Position numbers and translations under genes: made by a program
Part shown: one piece after another, positions 51,166 through 62,879 of the stretch
Layout of the letters: each line of letters begins with the position of its first letter
Numbering within the stretch: position 1 is the first letter of the stretch
Assembly (NCBI GenBank): GCA_050084985.1
Contig: JBITNC010000002.1
Coordinates: 20,894,001-20,958,000 of the forward strand
Length of the DNA stretch: 64,000 nucleotides
Direction: 5' to 3'
Origin: Nageia nagi
Taxonomy: Eukaryota; Plantae; Pinophyta
Notes under the pieces: generated by a model
Told to the model about the DNA's origin: nothing
Database searches by the model: none
The model's input: only the letters and a program-made list of their open reading frames with translations

Positions 51166-54100
51166 GATATTTTTCTTCTTTTATCTATATAACATATACT
51201 AGGTTGGACCCTCAAATGTCTTTTTTGTGAGTCTATACTAGGTTATAATTCTTTTTGTGGAAGATTAGTTACATAAAATATTTAACCTTTGGAAGTCCTT
51301 ACCTTTCTTGTTCTATCTTTCATATCTATGATTTATCATTATTCTCTTCAAATTATTATCTCCATAATTATGTTGTATATCTACCTAATGAATTCATTTA
51401 AAAAATACGCCTATGTTTATTACAATTCATGACAAACACATATTTTATCTTATCCTCTTATTCTTTATTATCTCAAATTTGAAAATGTTTTAAAGACATC
51501 TTATTCCAAGAATTCAATTCATTCTTTTGAGTTAGATTTATTTATTTACTATTACTCTACTTGTTAAAATATCTTTCCAATGCTTTATTATATGATATTT
51601 TTCAAATGATTTATTAGTTTCCTTACTATATTTCCACATATAAACTTTTTTCATATTCTCTATCTTTCATCTTTGACCTATACACATATTCTTGATATTG
51701 TTACTCATAACGTTTCATACTATTAATCCTATCCTAACTTATTTATTATAACATTTGATAGTCCCTCTTCACAATTGAGATATTCTATCATATATATATT
51801 CAGTGGTCACTTATTCTCTTCATACATTCTGCATATCATTTTACCTATTCATGTTTTATTCATAATTAACAAAAGCTATAATCCCATTCCTAGCAAAGGT
51901 TACATTCTTGGTCCTTCTATAGGTCTTATATATTGGCTTTTAAATTATTCAAATCTTCTATTGATATGTCATATATAAATCAATATAAATTCTCTTACAA
52001 TTGATTTTATTATTATTTCAAATAATCATAATAGTTTCGAAATTGGCATAAATTAAAATTAGAATCACTTGTAATGTGGAATTTATCAATTTTTTTATTC
52101 TTGTCAAATTTAACCAGTTATGTTTCCATCCTTCTACCTACATCAAAATCTCTTCACCATATTTATCCTTAAAGTTTTTGATATTCTTATAAAATAAAAT
52201 TAATTTTTAATATAGTGAAGGTAATATAGCTTCTAAAATCCCAAAATACCTATGTATTCTTTACAAAATGAAAGCCTTGAAGTTCTCTATTTAGCTTCTA
52301 TCATGAATTGTCCTCATTATATATATATATATATATTGTTTAGTCAAAATTTCCTATATAGTAAGTAGGGTATCATCAACAAATTCTTGATGAAATAAAT
52401 TAATGTTATAGAAAGTTTTCACTCTCTCTAAAATTTGCCCTTGCCTAAGTCCTTGTTTTACTTAATAATATTAAATAGGGATTCCATTGATAAGGATTGA
52501 ATACGATACTATCTATAAGGATTGAATTTAACTCACTTCAATCTATTATGCATGACCTTTAGTTTTATTATTATTTGTGTTGTAATAAGCTTTCTTATTT
52601 TATAAAGTGAATAATGCCCAATTTCAGTTCCTTTAATATTACATGAGGTATCAACATTCTACAATATTCTTATGTAATAAAGGTAAAAATAACATAAATT
52701 TAATTATTAACAAATTAATGATCCCTAATATATCATTACAAAAAGAGAATAAAAGGTTTATTATGACATCAAGATCTTATTCTATGAATAACCTTTCATT
52801 GTAAAACTTTATTCTTTCAATTAAATTATAATTCTACTAATTTTGATTATACTCTTCTTAACATGTTACTATTAAAGAGTTTCTAACATTCTACTATGTT
52901 CTTCATAGATTTTAATTATAAATGAATTAATAATTTCTAAAATATTATTAAATAAAGGAATACAACTTTACTATGATTTAAGATCTTATTCCATAAACAA
53001 CCCTTCATCTTACAAACTAATAAATACAATTTGTTTAACCCTCATAAGTACAATTTAATTAATCTAAATTGATAAATACAATTTGTTTAACTCTAAATCC
53101 TAAACATACTCAAAATTTACACCATTTCAGATATATCAAAAGTACATACTAAATTGAGGATCATGAAGCTAAATAACCAGCACCATTAGTTAATCTATTT
53201 ACAAAATCACTGCAACATTGGTCCATTCAAAATATTTTATTTTAGAACAAGGAGGTATCAACTATCCCTTCAAAGGTAATAGATAATAACAATATTATAA
53301 TAAATGCATAGCCTCCAGCATTTTCTTAATATTTTAAATAATAACAACAGCAATACTCCACAGCTTTCAACTATCATATGGACCAGGAGAAAGCTCATCA
53401 CATACTTTGAAGATCTATATGGCATATACTATTAAAGATCATAGATGGGTATATGGAACTGGAAGCATGGGAGTATAGGACCCAACTCCAAAATCCATAT
53501 ACGATTATTGATACGAAGAATAGCTAGGGAGACTTAGGAAATAAGGGTAGATCTATTGCAGGGGTAACATCCATCTGCCAGATCAGTTTGGTTGATTTGC
53601 AATCCAACATCATACAACTCGCCTCTCTTCCAGACCCTAGGCAAAGCAACCCGATTTAGCGTCAACGAGTATCCATCGTAACCATTTGTTACTACCAACC
53701 GGAACTGAAGATCACCCACAGGAAGGTTGTCTATCTCCCAGATTGTCCCACGACATCGTGTTAAGTACCGCCAATTGTGGTCACCAAACTGCAAATACGA
53801 ACGCAACATTTTATTTAGATTCATCAGTCTTAACTTGAGCTTTCATTTTAGCATCAACCCATTAAAATAAGAGATGCTTTTTACCGTAGCAACTGTTGAA
53901 AATAATAATCTCAATGGAGTCCGGAATGCTTGTCGTATGAAATCCATCCTCTGGACCCTGGAATCTCTTTCTATCTGTCTTCACCTCTCCGGACCTCGGA
54001 ACCTTCTCTAGCTCACGTCACCTCTTCCATTCTCCGGTTTGTGCTGTTCTTTCTCTTTGTATGACGTCACCCACCTCCTTGCCTATTAAGTAGATTTAAA

Positions 54101-54495
54101 TTTTAAATAAGAGCGGCAATCTTCCCACCATGAGCTGCAGTTCTGTTACACCAGCTTAATGATCTAACGGGAAGAAATTAATGTGGATGGCATGATTGTG
54201 TAACAAATCGCGGATTCTTCTCCTGTAGCCACATCATGGGCATTTTGTTTTAAATAGGTAGTTTGCAGAGCTAAGAATTGTAGGCAATTCAAATTGTAGA
54301 TTGTGATCTGTTACTGTACTCTGTATTTCTCTTTTCGCAAGTTTCAAAAATAAAAAAAATAAAGTACTTTACTGTGTTCTGTCTTTACTGCACTCTATCT
54401 CTCTTGTATCTTTGTTTTTTGCTTCCGCTGTACAGGAGAGATTTTAACACTGGTATCAGAGCGGTTTACGGCTTAGACGCCAAAATTGCAGAAGA

Positions 54496-56865
54496 ATGGC
54501 TCAAGCAAGCACTAATGTATCTTCCATGATGCCACAAGTGCCGAAATTTGATGGAAAAAATTATGAATACTGGTCTATTCTGATGAAGACCCTATTCATG
54601 TCTCAAGATGTATGGGAAGTGGTTGCGAATGGATTTTCAGAGCCTGCAGATGAAGCGGCACAGAATGCATTGACTAATGCACAAAAAGCCTTGCTGAAGG
54701 AGAATAAAATAAAGAATGCCAAGGCATTAAACTTGATTTTTCTAGGAGTGGAGCCGAGTATATTTCCAAGGATTCAGGCTTGCACAAAGTCGAAGTCAGC
54801 CTGGGATATACTTGAGACTGTCTATCAAGGTATGGCAAAGGTCAAGACTGCAAAACTACAATTGCTAAGAAGAGAGTTTGAAACTCTGCAAATGAAGGAT
54901 TCACATACAGTGGATTCTTTCATGACATTTGTTGTGGGTATGGTGAATCAGATGAAGTCCCATGGTGAGGACGTTCCTGACAAAAGGGTGGTTGAGAAGA
55001 TTCTAAGGAGTCTGCCATCCAGATTTGATTCTTTGGTAGTCGCCATTGAAGAAACCAAGGACTTGACTCATTATTCTATTGATGAGTTGCAAGCTTCACT
55101 GATTTCTCATGAGCATCGACTGAGAAGGTCTGATAGTGATTCCCTGGAGAACGCTTTCAAGACACAAGTTACTATGGATTCCGGAAGAGGACGAGGCAGA
55201 GGAAGGTCTCGAAGGGGCAGAGGTAGAAATCCTGAAAGAGGCCAAGGTCAACAAAGTCAGCAGAACGAAAGATCGAGGCCAAACCAAGAACAAGCTCAAG
55301 AACAAAGGTATGATAAATCTGATGTTGAATGTTATTACTGCAAGAAATATGGTCATTATGCAAATGAGTGTAAAAAAAAAAAAAGAGATCATAGAAGGTC
55401 TAATGCAAACTACACTGTGGAGAGTGAAAATGAGGAAGAATCTGAAGATCAATTGTTCTTAGCCTGTAATGCTGTAATAGAAAATAAAAAGGATGTTTGG
55501 TATCTAGACTCAGGATGCAGTAATCATATGACTGGAGATAAGGAATTATTTATCAGTCTTGATAATAATGTTAAGTCAGATGTTACACTAGGGAATGATA
55601 ATAAAGTTTCTGTTGAAGGAAAAGGTAGTATCAGTGTACTAACCAACAATGGAGAAAAGAAGTATATTAGTGATGTATTTTATGTTCCAGGTTTGAAACA
55701 TAACCTGATGAGCATAGGTCAAATGGTGGGTAAAGGTTATATTGTAGATTTCAAGAAAAACATTTGTACTATCTTGGATAGGAGTCCTAGCAAGAAGTGT
55801 ATAGCTAGAGTTGATATGACAGGAAACAGGATGTTTCCCTTAAAGATTGAACATGACAAAAATCATAGTCTGAAAGCAACTACTCAGGTCATCTTGCAAG
55901 CAGAAGAAAAAGATGTAAATTGGTTATGGCACTTGAGAATGGGTCATTTGAATTTTGAATCATTAAATCTATTACAGAAGAGAGGAATGGTGCTTGGATT
56001 GCCAGCTATTGAAAAGTCCAGCAAAATATGTGAAGGCTGCATAATGGGTAAGCAACACAGAGATGCATTCCCGGTAGGTGTAACTGTGAGAGCGCAAGCA
56101 CCACTGGAGATTATCCACTCGAATTTGTGTGGAAAAATGCAATCGCCATCAATCCACGGTGCAAACTATTTTCAATCCTTTATTGATGACTTCACTCGAA
56201 AGATTTGGGTGTATCTGTTGAAGACCAAAGATGAGGCGTTTGAGTACTTCACACAATTTAAAGCTATGGCGGAAAAACAGAGTGGCTATGTCATCAAAAC
56301 ACTGAGGAGTGATAGAGGAGGCGAATACATGTCACGGGAATTCCAAGACTTCTGCAAAAATAATGGAATTCACCAGCAGTACACCGCCCGGTATACACCT
56401 CAGCAGAACGGAGTTGCTGAGAGAAAGAATAGAACCATCATGGAGATGGCCAGAAGCATGTTCAAGGCAAAGAATTTGCCAAATGAGTATTGGGGTGCAG
56501 CAGTAAAATATGCTGTTCACATTCTGAACAGATGTCCAACCAAGAGCGTGGAAAATATGATGCCAGAAGAGGCATGGACTGGGAGAAAAGCTGATGTATC
56601 TCACATTAGAGTTTTCGGATGTGTAGCCTATGCACATGTCCCAGACAAATTAAGAAATAAATTGGACCATAAGTTTGAAAAAGCTATTTTTATTGGATAT
56701 AGCAATCAGTCCAAAGCTTATCACTTGTACAATCCTGTTACAAAGAAAGTAGTTACCAGCAGAGATGTGAAATTTGCTGAAGAAGAAGCATGGGATGGTA
56801 GTGTTCAAAGAACAGTCAATGTTGTGGGAACTGGTCAGGATGATGAAGAAGGTGTTACAGTATAA
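54496..56865 (+). CDS. gag-pol: Copia Gag-protease-integrase portion of the polyprotein (premature stop)
   Basis: CYYCKKYGHYANEC knuckle, WYLDSGCSNHM protease, WHLRMGH..CEGC, LRSDRGGE, QQNGVAERKNR. Confidence 0.93.
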   Translation: MAQASTNVSSMMPQVPKFDGKNYEYWSILMKTLFMSQDVWEVVANGFSEPADEAAQNALTNAQKALLKENKIKNAKALNLIFLGVEPSIFPRIQACTKSKSAWDILETVYQGMAKVKTAKLQLLRREFETLQMKDSHTVDSFMTFVVGMVNQMKSHGEDVPDKRVVEKILRSLPSRFDSLVVAIEETKDLTHYSIDELQASLISHEHRLRRSDSDSLENAFKTQVTMDSGRGRGRGRSRRGRGRNPERGQGQQSQQNERSRPNQEQAQEQRYDKSDVECYYCKKYGHYANECKKKKRDHRRSNANYTVESENEEESEDQLFLACNAVIENKKDVWYLDSGCSNHMTGDKELFISLDNNVKSDVTLGNDNKVSVEGKGSISVLTNNGEKKYISDVFYVPGLKHNLMSIGQMVGKGYIVDFKKNICTILDRSPSKKCIARVDMTGNRMFPLKIEHDKNHSLKATTQVILQAEEKDVNWLWHLRMGHLNFESLNLLQKRGMVLGLPAIEKSSKICEGCIMGKQHRDAFPVGVTVRAQAPLEIIHSNLCGKMQSPSIHGANYFQSFIDDFTRKIWVYLLKTKDEAFEYFTQFKAMAEKQSGYVIKTLRSDRGGEYMSREFQDFCKNNGIHQQYTARYTPQQNGVAERKNRTIMEMARSMFKAKNLPNEYWGAAVKYAVHILNRCPTKSVENMMPEEAWTGRKADVSHIRVFGCVAYAHVPDKLRNKLDHKFEKAIFIGYSNQSKAYHLYNPVTKKVVTSRDVKFAEEEAWDGSVQRTVNVVGTGQDDEEGVTV

Positions 56866-57120
56866 CTCCTCCAGTCCAGAACCAAAATCAGCAAGGGGCA
56901 GAAATCCTCGGAGGAGACAATTCCAGTGAAGGACAAGCATCCAGCACTTCCACAAGTGAAACCTCAGTTGCACCACTGAGAAGGAAAAAATATAAAGCTT
57001 AACTGAGGTGTACCAGCAAGAGCAAGGTGAAGGTTCAACTGCTTTGTTTAGCTTATTTTCACCTACAGGAGATCCAGTTCACTTTGAAGAAGATGTGAAA
57101 GAGAAAAATGGATTAAGGCA

Positions 57121-58632
57121 ATGGATGAAGAGATAAACGCCATTGAAAGGAATGAGACATGGGAACTCACAGATCTTCCAGATAGCAAGGATTGCATTGG
57201 GATAAAGTGGGTCTATAAGACCAAAAGAAATGTGGAAGGAAATGTAGACAAATATAAGGCCAGACTGGTGGTAAAAGGCTACAAACAAAAATACGACATT
57301 GACTATGAGGAAACCTTTGCACCAGTTGCAAGAATGGAAACTGTGCGGGTAGTCTTAGCCATAGCAGCCCAGTACAAGTTGAAGGTCCATCAAATGGACG
57401 TAAAGTCAACATTTCTGAATGGGGTGTTGAATGAAGAAGTTTATGTGGAGCAGCCATCTGGGTATGAAACAAAAGGAAAAGAAAGCAAGGTCTATTGGTT
57501 GAAAAAGGCGCTTTATGGATTGAAGCAGGCACCAAGAGCTTGGTACAGCCGGATTGATTCATACTTCATAAACAAGAATTTCTGCAAGTGTGATGGAGAG
57601 CCCACACTGTACATCAAGGAGAACAAAGGTATGATTTTGATTGTTGTACTGTATGTAGATGACTTACTTTTTTTGGGCAGTAATGAAGAAATTGTTAATA
57701 ACTTCAAAAAGGAGATGAAGGAGGAATTTGAGATGATAGACTTGGGTTTGTTAAGATACTTCCTTGGAATTGAAGTACAACAGTTAGAGCATGGGATATT
57801 TATATCTCAATCAAAGTATGCAACAAATATACTGAAGAGGTTCCAAATGGAGACCTGCAAGTCAACCCCAACGCCTGTTGCTATGGGGATCAAGCTGAGA
57901 AAAGAAGACTGGACCAAAAGTGTGAATCCCACCTTGTATAAAAGCATAGCAGGAAGCCTGATGTATTTGACAGCTACACGCCCAGATATAGTGTATGCTG
58001 TGAGTTTGATCTCTAGGTTCATGGAGAATCCCAAATCAACGCACTTGCAAGCAGCCAAAAGAATTTTGAGATATGTCCAAGGCACAATTGGATATGGCAT
58101 CATATACAAGAAATCTGAGGATTTCAAACTGACTGGATATACTGACAGTGATTGGGCAGGAAGCGCAGATGACAGGAAGAGCACCTCCGGATATGTTTTT
58201 CATCTGGGATCAGGAGTCGTGTCATGGGCATCAAAGAAGCAGCCCATTGTATCTCTATCCTCAGCAGAAGCAGAGTACATCGCGGCAACAACAGCAACTT
58301 GTCAAGCCATCTGGATGCGGAGAATATTAAAGGATCTGGGGCATGAACAACAGGAGGCAACAAAATTGTTGTGTGATAACAGTTCTGCCATCGCCTTATC
58401 CAAGAACGTAGTGTTTCACAAAAGAACCAAACATATAGACACCCGGTACCATTATATCAGAGAATTGATTAATGCCGGAGAGATTGTCTTAGAACATTGC
58501 AAGACAACTGAGCAGTTCGCGGACATCTTCACCAAACCACTAGGATCGAGAACTTTCATGCAGCAAAGGGAAAATCTTGGGATCACTGATAATGGAGAAG
58601 ATGCTCCCGTTGAGATTAAGGGGCAGTGTTGA
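57121..58632 (+). CDS. pol: Copia reverse transcriptase-RNase H portion
   Basis: KARLV, QMDVKSTFLNG, LYGLKQAPRAW, YVDD, DSDWAG, EAEY, ADIFTKPL. Confidence 0.93.
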   Translation: MDEEINAIERNETWELTDLPDSKDCIGIKWVYKTKRNVEGNVDKYKARLVVKGYKQKYDIDYEETFAPVARMETVRVVLAIAAQYKLKVHQMDVKSTFLNGVLNEEVYVEQPSGYETKGKESKVYWLKKALYGLKQAPRAWYSRIDSYFINKNFCKCDGEPTLYIKENKGMILIVVLYVDDLLFLGSNEEIVNNFKKEMKEEFEMIDLGLLRYFLGIEVQQLEHGIFISQSKYATNILKRFQMETCKSTPTPVAMGIKLRKEDWTKSVNPTLYKSIAGSLMYLTATRPDIVYAVSLISRFMENPKSTHLQAAKRILRYVQGTIGYGIIYKKSEDFKLTGYTDSDWAGSADDRKSTSGYVFHLGSGVVSWASKKQPIVSLSSAEAEYIAATTATCQAIWMRRILKDLGHEQQEATKLLCDNSSAIALSKNVVFHKRTKHIDTRYHYIRELINAGEIVLEHCKTTEQFADIFTKPLGSRTFMQQRENLGITDNGEDAPVEIKGQC

Positions 58633-60100
58633 AAATAATAATCTCAATGGAGTCCGGAATGCTTGTCGTATGAAATCCATCCTCCGGACCCCGGAATCTC
58701 TTTCTATCTGTCTTTACCTCTCCGGACCTCGGAACCTTCTCTAGCTCACGTCACCTCTTCCATTCTCCGGTTTGTGCTGTTCTTTCTCTTTGTATGACGT
58801 CACCCACCTCCTTGCCTATTAAGTAGATTTAAATTTTAAATAAGAGCGGCAATCTTCCCACCATGAGCTGCAGTTCTGTTACACCAGCTTAATGATCTAA
58901 CGGGAAGAAATTAATGTGGATGGCATGATTGTGTAACAAATCGCGGATTCTTCTCCTGTAACCACATCATGGGCATTTTGTTTTAAATAGGTAGTTTGCA
59001 GAGCTAAGAATTGTAGGCAATTCAAATTGTAGATTGTGATCTGTTACTGTACTCTGTATTTCTCTTTTCGCAAGTTTCAGAAATTAAAAAAAATAAAGTA
59101 CTTTACTGTGTTCTGTCTTTACTGCACTCTATCTGTCTTGTATCTTTGCTTTTTGCTTCCGCTGTACAGGAGAGATTCTAACAGCAACTTCCACTGAAAC
59201 AATTTCTGTTTGGCCTCCTTGGTAAAGAAATTGCACAGCAAGATAGTTATGATATTGGCTGGTTTCGTCCACCTTGATAGTGAGGTTGTGGCCTTTGTAC
59301 TCGCAGGATATCCTGTTTATATAAACCAATAAAAACTTAGATGCGTAAGGCTAAAAACTAGAGGGAGTCCTGCTTATATATGGTAGGTGAAAACCTTTTG
59401 TATTGCATGTTCACAATGCCAGCCTTTAGAAGCTTGGCCTTCATGTGGGGGAGCGCTAAACTTGAGAATGTGGTCTTGGGTACAACAAAATCTGTGTTGT
59501 TGTTTGTAGTCATGTCTGTTACCACTATTTTGGTCCCTGTCTTGCTGCACAGTTTGGGATCCAGGCATTTTATCTGCCACCAGGCAGTACCAAATTTCAA
59601 TCATCGACTTTGATATTAAACAAAATCAAACTAAAAAATTCACTTGCATTGAAAATATATAGGTTTAGGTGTTGGTTTCCTGATAGCATGCGCTACATCC
59701 TCTGCCACTTTTGTACAAAGAAGGGCTGGCAGCTGCAACATTGCCACCGTTGAGTGTTGCTGCAAACTCCCCAAATCCGCAAGCTCCCACTGCAATTATC
59801 TCAAATAGGGATAACTCATACAAATGCTTAGTCTGTTGAGTGCAAACAATCAAAAACGAAAAAGAAACAAAAGGAAGGAGGTTTTAGAGCGGTGAATGAT
59901 GGTAACTTTTAGAACCTCTTGGTTGGAAAAATACGTGAGTTGAGAGCGATGATCACAGCATACACCATTTTGTCCCAAAACTGAAGTTGCAGATAACATA
60001 GTTGTGACTATGACGGCATGAATAAGAATTGCAAAGGAATGGTAAAGTAGGATGCTCTCCATGGCTATGGTTTATCACCGGCAAGTGATATGCGTGGTGT

Positions 60101-60107
60101 TTTTATA
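60101..60107 (-). promoter_or_regulatory. TATA box of the expansin-like gene
   Basis: cTATAAAAa about 40 nt upstream of the ATG at 60062. Confidence 0.6.
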
Positions 60108-60993
60108 GGGCAATGTCAATTGAATTGGCGGCTGGAAGTCAATTTAAACCACACTTGGCAATCCAATAGGAAGCTTGCAGGCAACAGCCATTATATGGTA
60201 TTTGAGTTCTGCTGCCCGGACTCCGAGTAAACGCGGAGAGGATCATCCAAACAAGTCTTGAATTTACTATGAACTGCAACGCACGCTCCTCAAAACGTTT
60301 AATAAATGACTATACTAGATGATAACAAGAAGAATATCAAACGTATAACAAATGAATGGTGATAAATCAAATAATTTAAGAAGATATATCTATTTTTTTA
60401 AATGAAAAAAGTTATTTATATTAAATAAATTTTTTTATACAGTTAATAAAGATTGTGGGTGGCAGGGTTCACATTTCAAGGGTTTATATTTCAAGGTGAG
60501 TTTATATTAATTTTAATTATGAATAACAAATCTAATAAAAAGAGTTATTATCAAAGATTGTTATCAGTTAAATAATACAAATAATAAAGTTTTAACAATA
60601 TTAAAAAGATATCAGATCAAAAACATATAAACATTTTCAATTGATGAATTCTTAGTTCCATCATCTTATCCCACATATTAGCTAGAATAGGTTAAATCAT
60701 CTTATACCATGTAATAGTTAGAATAGACCGAATGTGCTAATTATCACCTTTATGATAGCTTGCAATAATATCAACAACTTCCTCATCCACCTCTAACCAT
60801 TAATATCAAGAGTATGAGAATGTGAAAAGATATATTTTGTGACAATAGCATTTGTAATTCTTTTGCTCTCACATTATACAATGTTGATTATTTTTGTAAT
60901 ATATTATATCAAAACATTTTATATCACTTCTTTAAAGATGAAATGATTGATTGAATATATTTTGTTAAAATTTATTTCCATTTATTGAGCAGA

Positions 60994-61253
60994 AATGAAT
61001 TTAGGATTGGATGATTGATGACTTGACATTCCACTCCACATTAATTAAGACCGCATGGAGTCTCATTTATCGAGGTTGCATTTTTGATAATATTCGACCG
61101 TTATTGGAACTTAGGCTAAGAATGAGATTTAGGATTGGATGAGATTGATGACTTCGCATTTCAACTCCACATTGATTAGAGACCGCAATGGAGTCTCATT
61201 TATCTATGGTTGCATTATAATAATTCGACTGTTATGTGAACTTGGGCTAGAAA
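60994..61253. repeat. Tandem duplication of ~125-133 bp
   Basis: aatga(ga)tttaggattggatga...cttaggctaag, then a second copy from 61121. Confidence 0.8.
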
Positions 61254-62291
61254 AGGATATAGTGATATATAGGTTATTGGATTATATATGGTCCTACATA
61301 TTTATATTTAGGGTACAATTTTAAAGTTTTGTAATAAATATTTTGTATTTTATATGTATTAAAGAATATTCTTTTAAGAGTGTAGACGTTTAAAATTTGT
61401 AGTTTGGTTGATTTTTGTTGAATATTTCAATAAAAGTTAATGATATATTTTTTTTGTAATTTTAGATAATATTGTTTATGGAGAAAAAAATTATAATTTA
61501 TTTTTTTATATAAAAATATTATAAAAAATACTTTGTTTGTAGATAAAAGTATATGGAGAAATGATTAATAATTTATATAATCAAGTTGTTATTATTCTTC
61601 AATCATATAACTTTGTTGTTGTGGTGAATTTATCATATATATATATAATATATAGTATATATAATAATAATATGCTTAGTTTATTTTAATGCAACCTATC
61701 TTGCATAATTTATTTATATACTTTTGTGTATTATATTTTTATTATTTTGAGTTTAATCAATTATTAAATTTTGTAATTAAAATTTTAATATTTAATCAAC
61801 ATGTTTATATTACATACATTTAGATGAGAAATATGCTCATTGGTTTATTAAGAAAATGAAATATTGTATATATATAGTTCACTAATGGAACTAGATTACA
61901 AATACTTTTGTTTGAGAATGATATTCTCATGCTAAAACAATAAACAAATTAAATCTACTACAAAATATTGTAAAATCATTTTCAAAACCATAACAAATAT
62001 CTAAACTACATTCCTACATGATCCAAATGATCTCAACAATAATTCATATGAAAATGGAAACCAAACAAGCTAAAAAAATGATAAAAAAATAAAAATAGTC
62101 ACACTCTATGCATGTAACAGAGTGGATGCGTATGCATTAGACTAGTTGGATCTAATGGTAAAAGGTAACTGGTGGGTCATTGGAGAATTGCCTAACTGTC
62201 AGTTATTATGACTAGACCTATGCAGACTGGTTGAAAATAGAGATTCAAAATTATGATATTTTCATACTTTTATTAAGCTCAACATTCAACA

Positions 62292-62800
62292 TTCTCCCCC
62301 TCTATGCTGATGGGACTAATGAGGATATTCCTCAAATTCAAAAACCAAGCTTTTACAATATCTTTTGTGAAGATATCCATAATATTGTCCAAGGTATTAT
62401 AATGCCTAAGTTTAATGATATTTTTCTTCACTATGTCACGTATAAAGTGTTACTTCATATCAAATTGTTTGGACTTGTTATGGTGGACATAATTCTTTAC
62501 TAGTTGAATGACACTTTTTTGTCATACAATAAGGTTGGTGGACTATATTTTTTTTCACCAAGTCTTCAAGAACTTTCATCAACCACTATGCTTGAGCACT
62601 AGCACTTTGATTGTAATGTATTCAACCTCTTTAGAAGAAAGGGTAATTATACTTTTCTTCCTTGAATTCCATGTAATCATACTTGATTCAAGACTAAAAT
62701 AATTCCTTAATGTAGAATTTCTATCATCAAAATTGCTTACCTAATCAGAATCACTAAAGCCAACACGTGTACATCATCATTTTTATAGTAAAAAATACCA
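62292..62800 (-). mobile_element. Decayed copia RNase H end with PPT, and LTR start at 62291
   Basis: Minus strand: DSD*VSNFDDRNST, LSSKEVEY, DIFTK, then PPT gagggggagaa followed by TGTTGAATG. Confidence 0.7.
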
Positions 62801-62879
62801 AAATTAGTTTTTTTTATAACTTTAGTAAAATTTCTATTATATTAAATACAAGAATACATATTTACGGTGAAAGAGAGGA

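Larger units (their letters stand above)
53894..59183 (+). mobile_element. Young full-length Ty1/copia LTR retrotransposon
   Basis: LTRs 53894-54449 and 58627-59183 (TG..CA, about 8 substitutions and 1 indel by eye). TSD GCAAC. PBS TGGTATCAGAGC at 54451-54462 (tRNA-iMet). PPT gagattaaggggcag before 58627. Confidence 0.98.
53534..60062 (-). pseudogene. EXLA: Expansin-like A (EXLA) gene, ~277 aa reconstructed, disrupted by a copia insertion. Exons ~59906-60062, 59680-59789, 59395-59573, 59184-59312 + 53885-53888, 53534-53788
   Basis: Signal peptide. GACGFG, LYKSGRGCSACYQ, TDFV (no HFD), FLYQGGQTEIVSVEVA, LQFRLVVTNGYDG, LPRVW and the C-terminal GCYPC extension typical of EXLA. All exons stop-free. 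Donors 1 and 2 non-canonical. Confidence 0.88.

Noticed and set aside
50818-51215. Poly-His, poly-Ser and poly-Met ORFs
   Set aside because: Translations of the (GAT)n microsatellite.
56863-57120. Programmed readthrough or frameshift between integrase and RT
   Set aside because: Copia IN-RT is normally one frame. A stop plus a separate A-run deletion is more simply mutational decay.
55096-58363. Multiple short antisense and alternate-frame ORFs inside the copia
   Set aside because: Shadow ORFs of the polyprotein with no independent motifs.
42626-60062. LLG and EXLA as a functional cell-wall gene cluster
   Set aside because: Only two genes, 10 kb apart, and one is disrupted. Adjacency alone is not evidence without synteny or co-expression data.
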